From Alphaproteobacteria bacterium (GTDB lineage: Bacteria > Pseudomonadota > Alphaproteobacteria > Rhizobiales > Xanthobacteraceae): DNA of 51,856 bases. The stretch lies in contig VAZM01000070.1 of assembly GCA_005883135.1 (NCBI GenBank), positions 1 through 51,856 on the forward strand, read 5' to 3'. Of the stretch, positions 9,303 through 18,877 are shown one piece after another (position 1 is the first letter of the stretch; every line of letters begins with the position of its first letter). The notes beneath the pieces were generated by a model, which saw only the letters and a program-made list of their open reading frames with translations, searched no databases and was not told where the DNA came from. Made by a program: the position numbers and the translations under genes.

Positions 9303-10460
9303 ATGAACGTTCTCAACCTCCCGCGCCCCGGCTGGATGACCGAGGATCTCGTGCTGCTCGAGGAGCAGGCACGGCGCTTCATCGCGACCGAGTATGTGCC
9401 GCACCTGGAGAGCTGGAACGAGCAGGGCATGTATGACCGCGAGGTCTGGACGAAAGCCGGCGCGGCCGGACTCCTCTGCCCGGCGATGCCTGAAGAGTAC
9501 GGCGGCGCCGGTGGCTGCTTTGCGCACGAAGCGGTGATCGGCCGGGAATTGAGCCTCGCGGGTTTCGACTCCTTCGGCGCGCCCCTGCATTCCGGTATCG
9601 TCGCGCCTTACATCCTCCACTACGGCACCGAGGAGCAAAGGCGCCGTTGGTTGCCAAAGCTCATTACCGGCGAGCTCATCGGGGCCATCGCCATGAGCGA
9701 GCCCGGGACCGGCTCCGATCTGCAAGGCGTGCGCACAACGGCGAAAAAATCGGGAAATGGCTATCTGCTCAACGGCTCGAAGACTTTCATCACCAATGGC
9801 CAGCACGCCAATCTGATTATTGTCGTGGCCAAGACGGATCCCAGTGCAGGTGCGAAGGGCGTATCGCTGATGGTGGTTGAAACGGAGGATGCGCCCGGCT
9901 TTCGCCGCGGCCGTAAGCTCAAGAAGCTGGGGCTCGACTCCGCCGACACCTCCGAATTGTTCTTCGAAGACGTGAAGTTGCCGGGGGAGAACTTGCTCGG
10001 GAGGGATGAAGGGCAGGGATTCGCACAGCTCATGACCGATCTCCCGCGCGAGCGCCTCATCGTTGCGGTGCACGCGCAGGCGATGATCGAGCGAGCGCTG
10101 GCGCTGACGCTCGACTACGTCAAGCAGCGTCAGGCATTCGGCAAGAAGATCATCGAGTTTCAGAACACCCAGTTCGTGCTGGCAGAATGCAAATCGGAGG
10201 CCACCATCGCACGGGTGTTTCACGATCACTGTATCGAGCGCTACCTCGGCGGCACGCTCGATACCGTCACGGCTTCGATGGCAAAGTATTGGCTTACCGA
10301 CCTGCAGGGAAAGATCATCGACCGTTGCCTGCAGTGCTTCGGCGGCTATGGCTATATGGAGGAATTTCCCATCTCACGGATGTATCGTGACGCGCGAGTG
10401 TCACGTATCTACGCAGGCACCAATGAGATCATGAAGCTTCTGATCGCAAGAAGCCTGTGA
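9303..10460 (+). CDS. acyl-CoA dehydrogenase
   Basis: 385 aa from ATG 9303 (MNVLNLPRPGW). Typical ACAD blocks: AMSEPGTGSDL, FITNG, QCFGGYGYMEEFPISRMYRDARV, IYAGTNEIM. Confidence 0.9.
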   Translation: MNVLNLPRPGWMTEDLVLLEEQARRFIATEYVPHLESWNEQGMYDREVWTKAGAAGLLCPAMPEEYGGAGGCFAHEAVIGRELSLAGFDSFGAPLHSGIVAPYILHYGTEEQRRRWLPKLITGELIGAIAMSEPGTGSDLQGVRTTAKKSGNGYLLNGSKTFITNGQHANLIIVVAKTDPSAGAKGVSLMVVETEDAPGFRRGRKLKKLGLDSADTSELFFEDVKLPGENLLGRDEGQGFAQLMTDLPRERLIVAVHAQAMIERALALTLDYVKQRQAFGKKIIEFQNTQFVLAECKSEATIARVFHDHCIERYLGGTLDTVTASMAKYWLTDLQGKIIDRCLQCFGGYGYMEEFPISRMYRDARVSRIYAGTNEIMKLLIARSL

Positions 10461-10552
10461 CGATCGGAGCCCGGCGATATGGCCGTCGCAGCGCTTGGCA
10501 TGCTCGCGCGGTTACGGCGGCTCCCAGGAACGAGCGGGAAGGGGAGAAGGAG

Positions 10553-11017
10553 ATGCCGAAGATCGAGATTGCCCAGATTCCGGCACAACCGATTGCGTCC
10601 TATCCGAAAGAATTCGCCCCGGTCATTTCCGGGCGCGAAAAGCAAAAGATTGGTGATGCGGCGGGCTTGACGCAATTCGGCGTCAATATCACGCGCATCA
10701 AATCGGGCTCGGCCTCCGCGCTGCGGCACTGGCACGAACAGGAGGACGAGTTCATCTATCTGCTCGAGGGCGAGTTGGTCCTGCAGGAGGACGCGGGGGA
10801 GACGGTACTTAAGGCGGGTGATGCCGCGGGCTTCAGGGCCGGCAGCGGCGTTGCGCATTGCCTCGTCAATCGCTCCAGGCACGATGCGGTTTATCTTGAG
10901 GTTGGCACGCGTGCCGAAAGCGAGAGGGTGCATTACCCCGACGTCGATTTCATGATGGAGCGCGACAGAACCGGTCGACGCTATTTCCGCAAGTCGGGCG
11001 AGCCAATCCGCGATTGA
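10553..11017 (+). CDS. cupin domain protein (paralog 1 of a tandem pair)
   Basis: 154 aa from ATG 10553 (MPKIEIAQIP) with purine-rich GGGGAGAAGGAG directly upstream. Cupin motif LRHWHEQEDEFIYLLEGE. Confidence 0.85.
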   Translation: MPKIEIAQIPAQPIASYPKEFAPVISGREKQKIGDAAGLTQFGVNITRIKSGSASALRHWHEQEDEFIYLLEGELVLQEDAGETVLKAGDAAGFRAGSGVAHCLVNRSRHDAVYLEVGTRAESERVHYPDVDFMMERDRTGRRYFRKSGEPIRD

Positions 11018-11038
11018 GCCGCGCAGGGAAAAACGACA

Positions 11039-11512
11039 GTGCCGAAGATAGATGTTGCCAAAGCAACGGTGCGCACCAAGGGCCGCTATCCCGACCCGTG
11101 GGGGGCGATCACCGAAGGCCGCGAGAAGGCCGCACTCGGCGATGTCGTGGGGCTCACGCAGTTCGGGGTCAATCTCACGCGACTAAAGCCGGGCGCCGCC
11201 TCGGCGCTGCGTCACTGGCACGAGGCCGAGGACGAGTTCGTCTACGTGCTCGAAGGCGAGATCCTGCTGATCGAGGATGGCGGCACGACCGTGTTGGAAC
11301 CAGGCGACGCTGCGGGCTTCAAAGCGGGCGTCGCAAATGGCCACCATCTCGTCAACAAATCCAAACGGGACGCGGTCTACCTCGAGGTCGGCACGCGGGC
11401 CAAGCGTGAGCGCGCGCACTACCCGGACGTCGACCTGGTTTACGACAAGGACGAAAGCGGCTTTCGGTTTTCACGCCGATCGGGCGAGCCTTACCCGAAG
11501 ACGGGTGGATAG
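11039..11512 (+). CDS. cupin domain protein (paralog 2 of a tandem pair)
   Basis: 157-aa ORF with a GTG start (MPKIDVAKAT). Cupin motif LRHWHEAEDEFVYVLEGE. Colinear with the preceding gene over its full length. Confidence 0.85.
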   Translation: MPKIDVAKATVRTKGRYPDPWGAITEGREKAALGDVVGLTQFGVNLTRLKPGAASALRHWHEAEDEFVYVLEGEILLIEDGGTTVLEPGDAAGFKAGVANGHHLVNKSKRDAVYLEVGTRAKRERAHYPDVDLVYDKDESGFRFSRRSGEPYPKTGG

Positions 11513-11618
11513 GACGATCCTCAGAGATTGCCGATCTTTATATCGGGAGGCGCGTCCCCAATTGCCCTCTCTTGCAACCGCCGTGTAAGGTCGCGGCCCT
11601 TTTCTCTCGGACCACTCC

Positions 11619-12989
11619 ATGGCTCGCGACCAAGTCGACATGACACCGATCGAAACGCGCGAGGATCTCGTCGCGTGGTTCGAGGCGGGCAGCAAACCCA
11701 GGTCGCACTTTCGCATCGGCACCGAGCACGAGAAGTTCGCGTTTACGGTCGAGGGCTACAACCCCGTTCCCTACGAGGGACGCCGCGGCATCCGTGCGCT
11801 GCTCGAGGGCATGCAACATCTGCTCGGTTGGGAGCCAATCGTCGAGGCGGGAAACATCATCGGTCTTTTTGACGTGACCGGTGGCGGCGCCATTTCGCTC
11901 GAGCCAGGCGGGCAGTTTGAGCTTTCGGGCGCACCGGTCGAGACCGTGCATCAGACCTGCTCCGAGCTCATGGCGCATCTCGCGCAAGTGAAGGAAGTCG
12001 CGCGTCCGCTCGGCATCGGCTTTCTCGGCCTCGGCATGATCCCGACCTGGAGCCGGGCGCAGATTCCAATGATGCCCAAAGGGCGTTACCGCATCATGAC
12101 GGCTTACATGCCGAAGGTGGGGAAACTCGGCCTCGACATGATGTACCGCACCTGCACCGTGCAGACGAACATCGACTATTCCTCCGAAGCGGACATGGTG
12201 AAGAAGCTGCGGGTCTCGCTTGCGCTGCAGCCGGTTGCAACGGCGATGTTCGCCAATTCGCCCTTCACCGAGGGTAAGCCCAACGGCTTTCTCTCATTCC
12301 GCTCCGAGATCTGGCGCGATACCGACCCCGACCGCTCCGGGATGCTGCCCTGGGCATTCGAGCCCGGCATGGGGTTCGAGCGTTACGTCGATTACGCCCT
12401 GAGCGTGCCGATGTACTTCGTCAAGCGCGGCGAGCGTTATATCGACGTTGCCGGCCAATCATTCCGCGATCTCATGGCGGGAAGACTTGAGGGCCTTCCA
12501 GGCGAGCACGCCACCATCTCCGACTGGGCCAACCACGTCTCCACGATTTTTCCGGAGGTGCGCCTCAAGCGTTATCTGGAAATGCGCGGCGCGGACGGCG
12601 GTCCATGGCGCCGCTTGCCGGCACTTCCGGCCTACTGGGTCGGGATTCTCTACGATGATGATTCCCTGCAAGCCGCTTGGGATCTGGTGAAGGACTGGAC
12701 TGCCGCGGAGCGCCAGAACCTTCGCGATGAGGTGCCGAGGCGGGGGTTCGCCGCCACGATCGCCGGTCAGAGTGTGCTGCAGCTGGCGAAGACAACGATC
12801 GCGTTGGCGGAGAACGGGCTTGCGCGGCGTCGGCGGCTCGACGCCCGCGGCCAGGATGAGAGGCGCTATCTACGGCCGATCGAGGACTACGTAGCGCGCG
12901 GTATCACGCCGGCGGACGAGCTCTTGGCGAAATTTCATGGGCCCTGGGAGGGCAGCGTCGAGCCGGTGTTCAAGGAATACGCGTATTGA
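11619..12989 (+). CDS. gshA: glutamate--cysteine ligase (plant/alphaproteobacterial GCS2 type)
   Basis: 456-aa ORF. The N-terminal block REDLVAWFEAGSKPRSHFRIGTEHEKF and the length are typical of this GshA type. Confidence 0.9.
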   Translation: MARDQVDMTPIETREDLVAWFEAGSKPRSHFRIGTEHEKFAFTVEGYNPVPYEGRRGIRALLEGMQHLLGWEPIVEAGNIIGLFDVTGGGAISLEPGGQFELSGAPVETVHQTCSELMAHLAQVKEVARPLGIGFLGLGMIPTWSRAQIPMMPKGRYRIMTAYMPKVGKLGLDMMYRTCTVQTNIDYSSEADMVKKLRVSLALQPVATAMFANSPFTEGKPNGFLSFRSEIWRDTDPDRSGMLPWAFEPGMGFERYVDYALSVPMYFVKRGERYIDVAGQSFRDLMAGRLEGLPGEHATISDWANHVSTIFPEVRLKRYLEMRGADGGPWRRLPALPAYWVGILYDDDSLQAAWDLVKDWTAAERQNLRDEVPRRGFAATIAGQSVLQLAKTTIALAENGLARRRRLDARGQDERRYLRPIEDYVARGITPADELLAKFHGPWEGSVEPVFKEYAY

Positions 12990-13062
12990 TGTGCCGAGCC
13001 ATTCTTGTTTTTCCTCTTCGCAGGCTCGATACACCCGGACACACTGCAGGATAGGGACAGCA

Positions 13063-14910
13063 TTACTCTGCGGCTGGTGGATGATGAGAAATGATTTCCT
13101 CCGCTTCAGGATTAAGGGGTTTAACCTCTCGCGTCGGCGCGCTCAGCGGCTCGTGCACCATGCGCGTGTGCAATAAATCGAGGCCTGCGGAAATTCCCTC
13201 GGCCTGCTGCAATGCGAGCCGCTCGAGATCGCGACGGCGGACGAATGCCTCGACAGCGGCGGCGCGCTCGGGATCAAACCCCAGGCCTTCCAACGTATTG
13301 CGTCCGAACACGAGCGCCGACTCATAGGTTTCGCGCAGTTCGAAATCGACGCCTTTCGCGATGAGTTGCAAGGTGTGCCGGCGATCGAAAGAGCGCACGT
13401 AAACCTTCGCGGCGGGAAATTCGGCATGAACGAGGTCGACAATGCGGCTTGCGGCCTCCGGGTTGTCGGTGCACACCGCGATCAGCCTCGCCTCGCTCGC
13501 GCCCGCCGCGCGCAACACATCGAGCCGGGTGCCGTCGCCGTAATAGACCTTGAACCCGAAGCGGGCGACACTCTCGAGCATCTCCGGATCGTTGTCGATG
13601 GCAGTGACGTCGATACCTTCGGCAAGCAGGCACTGGGAGACGATTTGGCCGAAGCGCCCAAAACCGATAACCAGTACCGACCCGCTCGCATCGGAGAAAT
13701 CGTCAGGCTCGCGAACCTCGGGCCCCGAGAACCGGCGCACGAGTTCATTCGTAAGCGAGGCAACGAACGGTCCAAAAAGCATGGTCATCGCGGCGATGGC
13801 GGTGATGATGCTGGCTTGTCGACTATCGAGCACGTCGAGCGAGCCGCCGAGTGGAATGAGCACGAACGCAAACTCGCCGGCGCCCGTGAGCACCGAGCCC
13901 GCGCGCAGCGCATCCCCCCGACGCACGCAGGTGGCGCCGAACAATAGCCAGACGATCGCCGCCTTGAGCACCGTGATCAATACGGCTGCGGCGAGGATCA
14001 GCCAAAGATTGGCGCGCACGATGGCGAGGTCGATGCTCATGCCGATTCCCATGAAGAACAGGGCCAGCAGAAGACCACGGAATGGTTCTATGTCGGCTTC
14101 GAGTTCGTGCCGGTAATTCGATTCCGCGAGAAGCAGGCCGGCAAGAAAAGCGCCGAGCGCCATGGACGCCCCGGCCTTCTGCATGATGAGAGCCGCGCCA
14201 AGCACGACGAGCAGCGCAGCCGCCGTCATCACCTCGCGCGAGCCGGTCTGCGCCAGCAGCCGAAATAACGGATTGAGCAAGTAGCGTCCCGCGAGAACGA
14301 TCAAGGCGATGGCGCCGGCGATGAACGCGACGGCGCGCAACCCATCCCCGAGTTGCGTATGCGGGCCTTCCGGCGCGAGCAGCGGCAGCAGCGCCAGCAG
14401 AGGCACGACCGCCATGTCCTGGAACAACAGGATCGCGAAGGCACGCTGCCCATAGTCCTGCTGGAGTTGACCGCGTTCCTCCAGGATTTGCAGCGCGATC
14501 GCCGTCGCCGACATCGCCAATGCCAGCCCGGCGAGCAGAGCCCCGCGCCAGTCGACAAGACCGCTGGCATAGCCGAGCGCGCCGATGGCAAAGCCGGTGA
14601 GCGCCAACTGAGCTGCGCCGAGGCCAAAGATGGCGCCCCGCATCGCCACGAGGCGGCCGAACTCGAGCTCGAGCCCGATCAAGAAGAGCAGCATCACGAC
14701 CCCAAGCTCGGAGATCGGGATGATGCTCTCGGGCGTTCCAAACGCCGCGAGCCCGTGCGGTCCGATGATAATGCCGGCAATGAGATAAGCGACAATGGCG
14801 GAGAGACCGAGCCGGCGCGCGATGGGAACGCTCAACACGGCAGCGCCCAAGAGGACGAGCCCAAAATTCAGAAAACCAAATTCGCCATATTGCATAACCG
14901 GATCCTGCAT
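13063..14910 (-). CDS. KefB/KefC-type glutathione-regulated K+ efflux protein (CPA2 antiporter with C-terminal KTN/TrkA-N domain)
   Basis: 615-aa ORF. Multi-TM Na+/H+ exchanger-like domain followed by a Rossmann GxGxxG (VIGFGRFGQ). Confidence 0.9.
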   Translation of the reverse strand: MQDPVMQYGEFGFLNFGLVLLGAAVLSVPIARRLGLSAIVAYLIAGIIIGPHGLAAFGTPESIIPISELGVVMLLFLIGLELEFGRLVAMRGAIFGLGAAQLALTGFAIGALGYASGLVDWRGALLAGLALAMSATAIALQILEERGQLQQDYGQRAFAILLFQDMAVVPLLALLPLLAPEGPHTQLGDGLRAVAFIAGAIALIVLAGRYLLNPLFRLLAQTGSREVMTAAALLVVLGAALIMQKAGASMALGAFLAGLLLAESNYRHELEADIEPFRGLLLALFFMGIGMSIDLAIVRANLWLILAAAVLITVLKAAIVWLLFGATCVRRGDALRAGSVLTGAGEFAFVLIPLGGSLDVLDSRQASIITAIAAMTMLFGPFVASLTNELVRRFSGPEVREPDDFSDASGSVLVIGFGRFGQIVSQCLLAEGIDVTAIDNDPEMLESVARFGFKVYYGDGTRLDVLRAAGASEARLIAVCTDNPEAASRIVDLVHAEFPAAKVYVRSFDRRHTLQLIAKGVDFELRETYESALVFGRNTLEGLGFDPERAAAVEAFVRRRDLERLALQQAEGISAGLDLLHTRMVHEPLSAPTREVKPLNPEAEEIISHHPPAAE

Positions 14911-15010
14911 GGAGGAAGGCGGAGGCAGCGTGGCGCACCCGGCACTCGCCTGCGCCCGCGCGGTTCTCTAACATGGATCGGACAGCCGGGCGGCGCGAGC
15001 GGGACGCAGA

Positions 15011-15556
15011 ATGAGGCGGGATTGGTTCGGGCTCGGTTTTGCCTTGGTGATCGCTATTGTGATCTTGGGCGCATCCGCCCGCGCCCAAGTCGGTTTCGAC
15101 CGGGCGGGTGGCGATTATGCCAGCTTTCCCATGCGATTGGGTGATCCGGCCCAATGCGCCGCCCGCTGCGAGCGGGATGCCCGTTGCCGGGCCTGGGCGT
15201 TTTCCTATCCCGCAACCGAGGGTGCCAACGCCGTTTGTTGGCTCAAATCCAAGGTCATGCCACGCTTCGAGGCGGCGTGCTGCGCCTCGGGCGTGCGCGG
15301 GACCGGCGTTATCGAGCCCAAGAGCGGAGCGACCGAGTTCGGCGTCGACCGCAACGGCGGCGACTACCGCCACTTCGAAGTTCCGGCCGACTCGAGTGGC
15401 AAGAGCTGCGAAGCCGCTTGTGAAGCGGACGATGCGTGCCGTGCCTGGACGTATGTGCGGCCGGGCTATGTCGGCCCTTCCGCGGTTTGCTATCTGAAGA
15501 ACCGCATCACCCGGCCGGCACGCAAGCCGTGCTGTATTTCCGGGGTGGTGCGGTAG
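15011..15556 (+). CDS. secreted protein with two PAN/Apple-like Cys-rich repeats
   Basis: 181-aa ORF with signal peptide MRRDWFGLGFALVIAIVILGASARAQ. Two internal repeats: (F/V)DRxGGDY...C..(A/R)C..D..CRAW(A/T)(F/Y)...AVC(W/Y)LK...CC.SGV. Confidence 0.75.
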   Translation: MRRDWFGLGFALVIAIVILGASARAQVGFDRAGGDYASFPMRLGDPAQCAARCERDARCRAWAFSYPATEGANAVCWLKSKVMPRFEAACCASGVRGTGVIEPKSGATEFGVDRNGGDYRHFEVPADSSGKSCEAACEADDACRAWTYVRPGYVGPSAVCYLKNRITRPARKPCCISGVVR

Positions 15557-15620
15557 ATTGCAGGTTCCCGCATCTGGCCCTCCCGATAGGCGCCGCAATC
15601 CGGGCGGAGAGAGGCTAGTC

Positions 15621-15980
15621 ATGGAGGCATCTATGAGGAGACCTGTCCTGTTCGTTTCGGCGTTCGCGTTGCTGACGAGCGCCGCCGTCGCGCACCATGG
15701 CTGGGGCAGTTACGACGCCAATAATCCGATCACCGTCGCCGGTGCGATCGCGACCTCGAAATTCGAGAATCCGCACGCCACGATCACGGTGCAGGCAAGC
15801 GACAAGATCTGGACGGTGACGCTCGCGCCCACATCGCGCATGAACAGCCGCGGCGCGACGGAAAAAGTCGTCGCCGTCGGGCAGAACGTGTCGGCCTATG
15901 GATACCCGTCGACGGTCCAAAAGGATGAGATGCGGGCTGAACGGATCACGGTCGACGGCAAAACTTACGAGATGCGGTGA
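15621..15980 (+). CDS. DUF6152-like small periplasmic protein
   Basis: Start is ATG 15621 or 15633. Signal peptide ends ...TSAAVA, followed by HHGWGSYD. Pattern HH..(Y/F)D...NPH...W.V recalled for DUF6152. The stop overlaps the start of the next gene. Confidence 0.7.
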   Translation: MEASMRRPVLFVSAFALLTSAAVAHHGWGSYDANNPITVAGAIATSKFENPHATITVQASDKIWTVTLAPTSRMNSRGATEKVVAVGQNVSAYGYPSTVQKDEMRAERITVDGKTYEMR

Positions 15981-16471
15981 TGACCGAGGGGGCGCCGGCG
16001 CTCTTCGTTGCGCTCGAGCAGTCGGGCTTCGCCGCGAGCATTCGCCAGTCCACCTGGCTCTATCCCGCGGCGAATATCGGGCACATCGTCTCGCTTACCT
16101 TTTTTGCCGGCGCGATCGCGGTGATGGACGTGCGCCTGCTTGGAGGTTTGGCCGCGACCGCGCCGGCGCGCCTGCTCGCGCGAGCGCGCAGCTTTGCCCT
16201 CGCCGCGCTCGCGGGCATGGCAATGACCGGTGCTGTGCTGTTCTCGGCCGAGGCGAGCCATCTCGCCGTCAATCGGGCATTCCAGCTCAAGGCGGTTCTG
16301 GTCGCCGCAGGCCTCGCCAATATCGCCATCTATGAGTTTTGGGCGAGACGTGCGGTCGAGCGACTTCAACCGGGCGCCCCGATGCCGCCGGGCGCCAAAA
16401 TCGCAGGAGCGTGCTCGCTCGGGATCTGGGTGGCCGTTGCCGCCTGCGGGCGGAGCATCGCCTATTTCTAG
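15980..16471 (+). CDS. polytopic membrane protein of unknown function (DUF6644-like)
   Basis: About 163 aa with 4-5 hydrophobic helices. ATG 15980 (or GTG 15977) overlaps TGA 15978-15980 of the DUF6152 gene. Confidence 0.7.
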   Translation: MTEGAPALFVALEQSGFAASIRQSTWLYPAANIGHIVSLTFFAGAIAVMDVRLLGGLAATAPARLLARARSFALAALAGMAMTGAVLFSAEASHLAVNRAFQLKAVLVAAGLANIAIYEFWARRAVERLQPGAPMPPGAKIAGACSLGIWVAVAACGRSIAYF

Positions 16472-16496
16472 ATTCCTCGGGGGTCGGCGAACCGGC

Positions 16497-17918
16497 CTAT
16501 CCCGTCCCTCCGACCGTGATGCGATCCATGCGTAGGGTCGGTTGGCCGACGCCGACGGGCACGCCTTGGCCATTCTTGCCGCAGGTGCCGATGCCGGGAT
16601 CGAGCTCGAAATCGTTGCCGATCATGCCAATGCGGTTGAGGTCGGTTGGGCCGTTGCCGATCAGCATGGCGCCCTTGAGCGGCTGGCCCAGCTTTCCGTT
16701 CTCGATCTTGTAGGCCTCGGTGACCTGGAACACGTATTTGCCCGAGGTAATGTCCACCTGACCCCCGCCGAAATTGACGGCATAGATGCCGTTCTTGACC
16801 GAGGCCATGATCTCGCCCGGCAGGTGGCCGCCGGCGAGCATGTAGGTATTGGTCATGCGTGGCATGGGCAGATGGGCATAGCCTTGTCGGCGACCATTGC
16901 CGGTGGGCCTCATGCCCATCAGGCGCGCATTCTGGCGGTCCTGCATGTAGCCGACCAGGATCCCGTCCTCGATCAGCACCGTGCGACCGGTCGGCGTGCC
17001 CTCGTCGTCAATCGAAAGCGATCCGCGCCGCTGCGCAAGAGTGCCGTCGTCGACTACGGTGACGCCTTTTGAGGCGACGCGCTGTCCTAGCAGGCCGGCG
17101 AACGCAGAGGTCTTCTTGCGATTGAAGTCGCCCTCGAGGCCGTGACCCACGGCCTCATGCAACATGATGCCAGGCCAGCCGGGGGCAAGGATCACGTCCA
17201 TTTCGCCCGCCGGGGCCGGAACGGCCTCCAGATTGACCAGCGCCTGGCGCACGGCTTCATCGGCCGCGCTTCGCCAGGCATCCATCGCGAGGAACCGGGA
17301 GAAGCTCTCCCGTCCCCCGTAGCCGTGACTGCCGGCTTCCTGCCGATCACCTTGGCCCACGACCACCGAGACATTCACGCGGACCAATGGCCGCACGTCC
17401 CGGTAGATCTCGCCCTCCCCGCGCAGGATTTCGATCAGTTGCCACGTCGCGCCGAATGAGACCGAAACCTGGCGCACGCGTGTGTCTCGCCCTCGGGCAT
17501 AGGAATCAATGGACTCCAGCAGGCGCACCTTGGCTTCGAAGGACGGCGCGCCAAGCGGATTGTCGTCGCCGTAGAGGCGGACATTGGTGTGCCCCGGCGC
17601 CTCGGCATAGTGACCGCTATAGCCGCCCTTGACTGCGCGCACGGCCTCCGCTGCGCGCGCCAACGCTGCCTCCGACAGATCAGAGGAATGGGCATAACCG
17701 ACGGCCTCGTCCTTGACGGCGCGCAGCCCAAAGCCCTGGTCGGTGTTGTAGGTCGCTTGCTTGAGCCGCCCGTTGTCGAAGACGAGCATCTCCGACTGCG
17801 CATATTCGAGATAGATTTCACCGTCGTCGGCGCCTTCCAGGCCACGAGCGAGATGTCGGCGCGCGGCCTGACGGTCGAGACCGGCGCGGTCGAGAAGCGA
17901 GACGGTGGCTAAGGTCAT
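16497..17918 (-). CDS. tldD: metalloprotease TldD
   Basis: 473-aa ORF with HEAVGHGLE zinc motif and a glycine-rich C-terminal PmbA/TldD block. Confidence 0.95.
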   Translation of the reverse strand: MTLATVSLLDRAGLDRQAARRHLARGLEGADDGEIYLEYAQSEMLVFDNGRLKQATYNTDQGFGLRAVKDEAVGYAHSSDLSEAALARAAEAVRAVKGGYSGHYAEAPGHTNVRLYGDDNPLGAPSFEAKVRLLESIDSYARGRDTRVRQVSVSFGATWQLIEILRGEGEIYRDVRPLVRVNVSVVVGQGDRQEAGSHGYGGRESFSRFLAMDAWRSAADEAVRQALVNLEAVPAPAGEMDVILAPGWPGIMLHEAVGHGLEGDFNRKKTSAFAGLLGQRVASKGVTVVDDGTLAQRRGSLSIDDEGTPTGRTVLIEDGILVGYMQDRQNARLMGMRPTGNGRRQGYAHLPMPRMTNTYMLAGGHLPGEIMASVKNGIYAVNFGGGQVDITSGKYVFQVTEAYKIENGKLGQPLKGAMLIGNGPTDLNRIGMIGNDFELDPGIGTCGKNGQGVPVGVGQPTLRMDRITVGGTG

Positions 17919-18002
17919 GCTGGGATCCGCATTCGCACGGTCCAGCCAAAGATAAGCGCGCTCACCTCAAGTTGCGAGGTGGCAAGCCCTATCCGGCGTC
18001 GC

Positions 18003-18503
18003 TCACGGCAGCTTGTCGTAGCCCTCGCCGAAGCCCTTGAGGCTCATGGGAAAGCCGATCCCTTCCTCGGGCGTCTGAAAGATGATGAAGGTCGCGGTCT
18101 GCCCGTTGCGCAGCTGCTTGACGAGGTTGTCGTCCATGACCACCTCGGCAACGCAACCGTTTGGCAGGCAGCGGACAAAACCGGCGCGGCCTACGTCCGC
18201 CTGGTCGATCTTAAGCCCCAGGCCTGAGGGAAGCAGCACGCCCACGGGCGCAACCACGCGCATGAGACGGCTCTTCTGATCGGCGGTTTTGAGTACGATC
18301 ACCGTGAGCCCGACATTGGCGCGATCTTCGGCAGTGACGCTCTGGATTAGCGCGCACTGCTCGCCTTGGGCGCCCGGCGGCGTATCGCAACGGACCTGCC
18401 AATCATTGTGGACCGACTTGACGGCGCCCTGGGCTGTCGCAGGCCCGACGGTGCCGGCCAACGCTGCGAATGCCAGGATGGTGAGTGCGAAAAATGATCT
18501 CAT
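18003..18503 (-). CDS. invasion-associated locus B (IalB) family periplasmic protein
   Basis: Preferred ATG 18503 gives signal peptide MRSFFALTILAFAALAGTVGPATAQG. IalB-like pattern WQVRCD...GEQCAL...FVRCLPNGC. The track ORF extends to 18626. Confidence 0.85.
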   Translation of the reverse strand: MRSFFALTILAFAALAGTVGPATAQGAVKSVHNDWQVRCDTPPGAQGEQCALIQSVTAEDRANVGLTVIVLKTADQKSRLMRVVAPVGVLLPSGLGLKIDQADVGRAGFVRCLPNGCVAEVVMDDNLVKQLRNGQTATFIIFQTPEEGIGFPMSLKGFGEGYDKLP

Positions 18504-18877
18504 CGCAAGAAACAGCAGTGCCGGGGTGAGTGAACCCATAATGTCGGTGCCTCGAATGCTGTGCGCGCTGCTATGCCGGGCCGGCCAAATAGACCCCTCC
18601 CGACCAGGGTCTGCCCAACCTGTCATGAATCAGTAAAACAGCGCATTGTGGCCGAGAAAGGGTCGAACGGCGGGGGGTGGGCGGGGCCGATCGGCGGGCA
18701 TTTCATCGCATGGGAGCTATGAAGGGGTGCATTGCGATAGCGCCGGAATTGTGATTTGAGAAGCCAGGATTCCCCTGAGGTCCCGCGCGGAGCCGACCGA
18801 GGAGCGCCCCGCTTCATGCGGGCGGCGCGGCTCCGAGCGCCGTAGCGCGCCTGAGACTCTCATGCGAAGGAGCACTG

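Noticed and set aside
18670-18700. G-rich tract GGGGGGTGGGCGGGGCCGATCGGCGGG between the ialB-like gene and coxB, considered as a possible G-quadruplex.
   Set aside because: It has only three close G-runs, and the fourth needs a 9-nt loop. This is common by chance in G+C-rich intergenic DNA.
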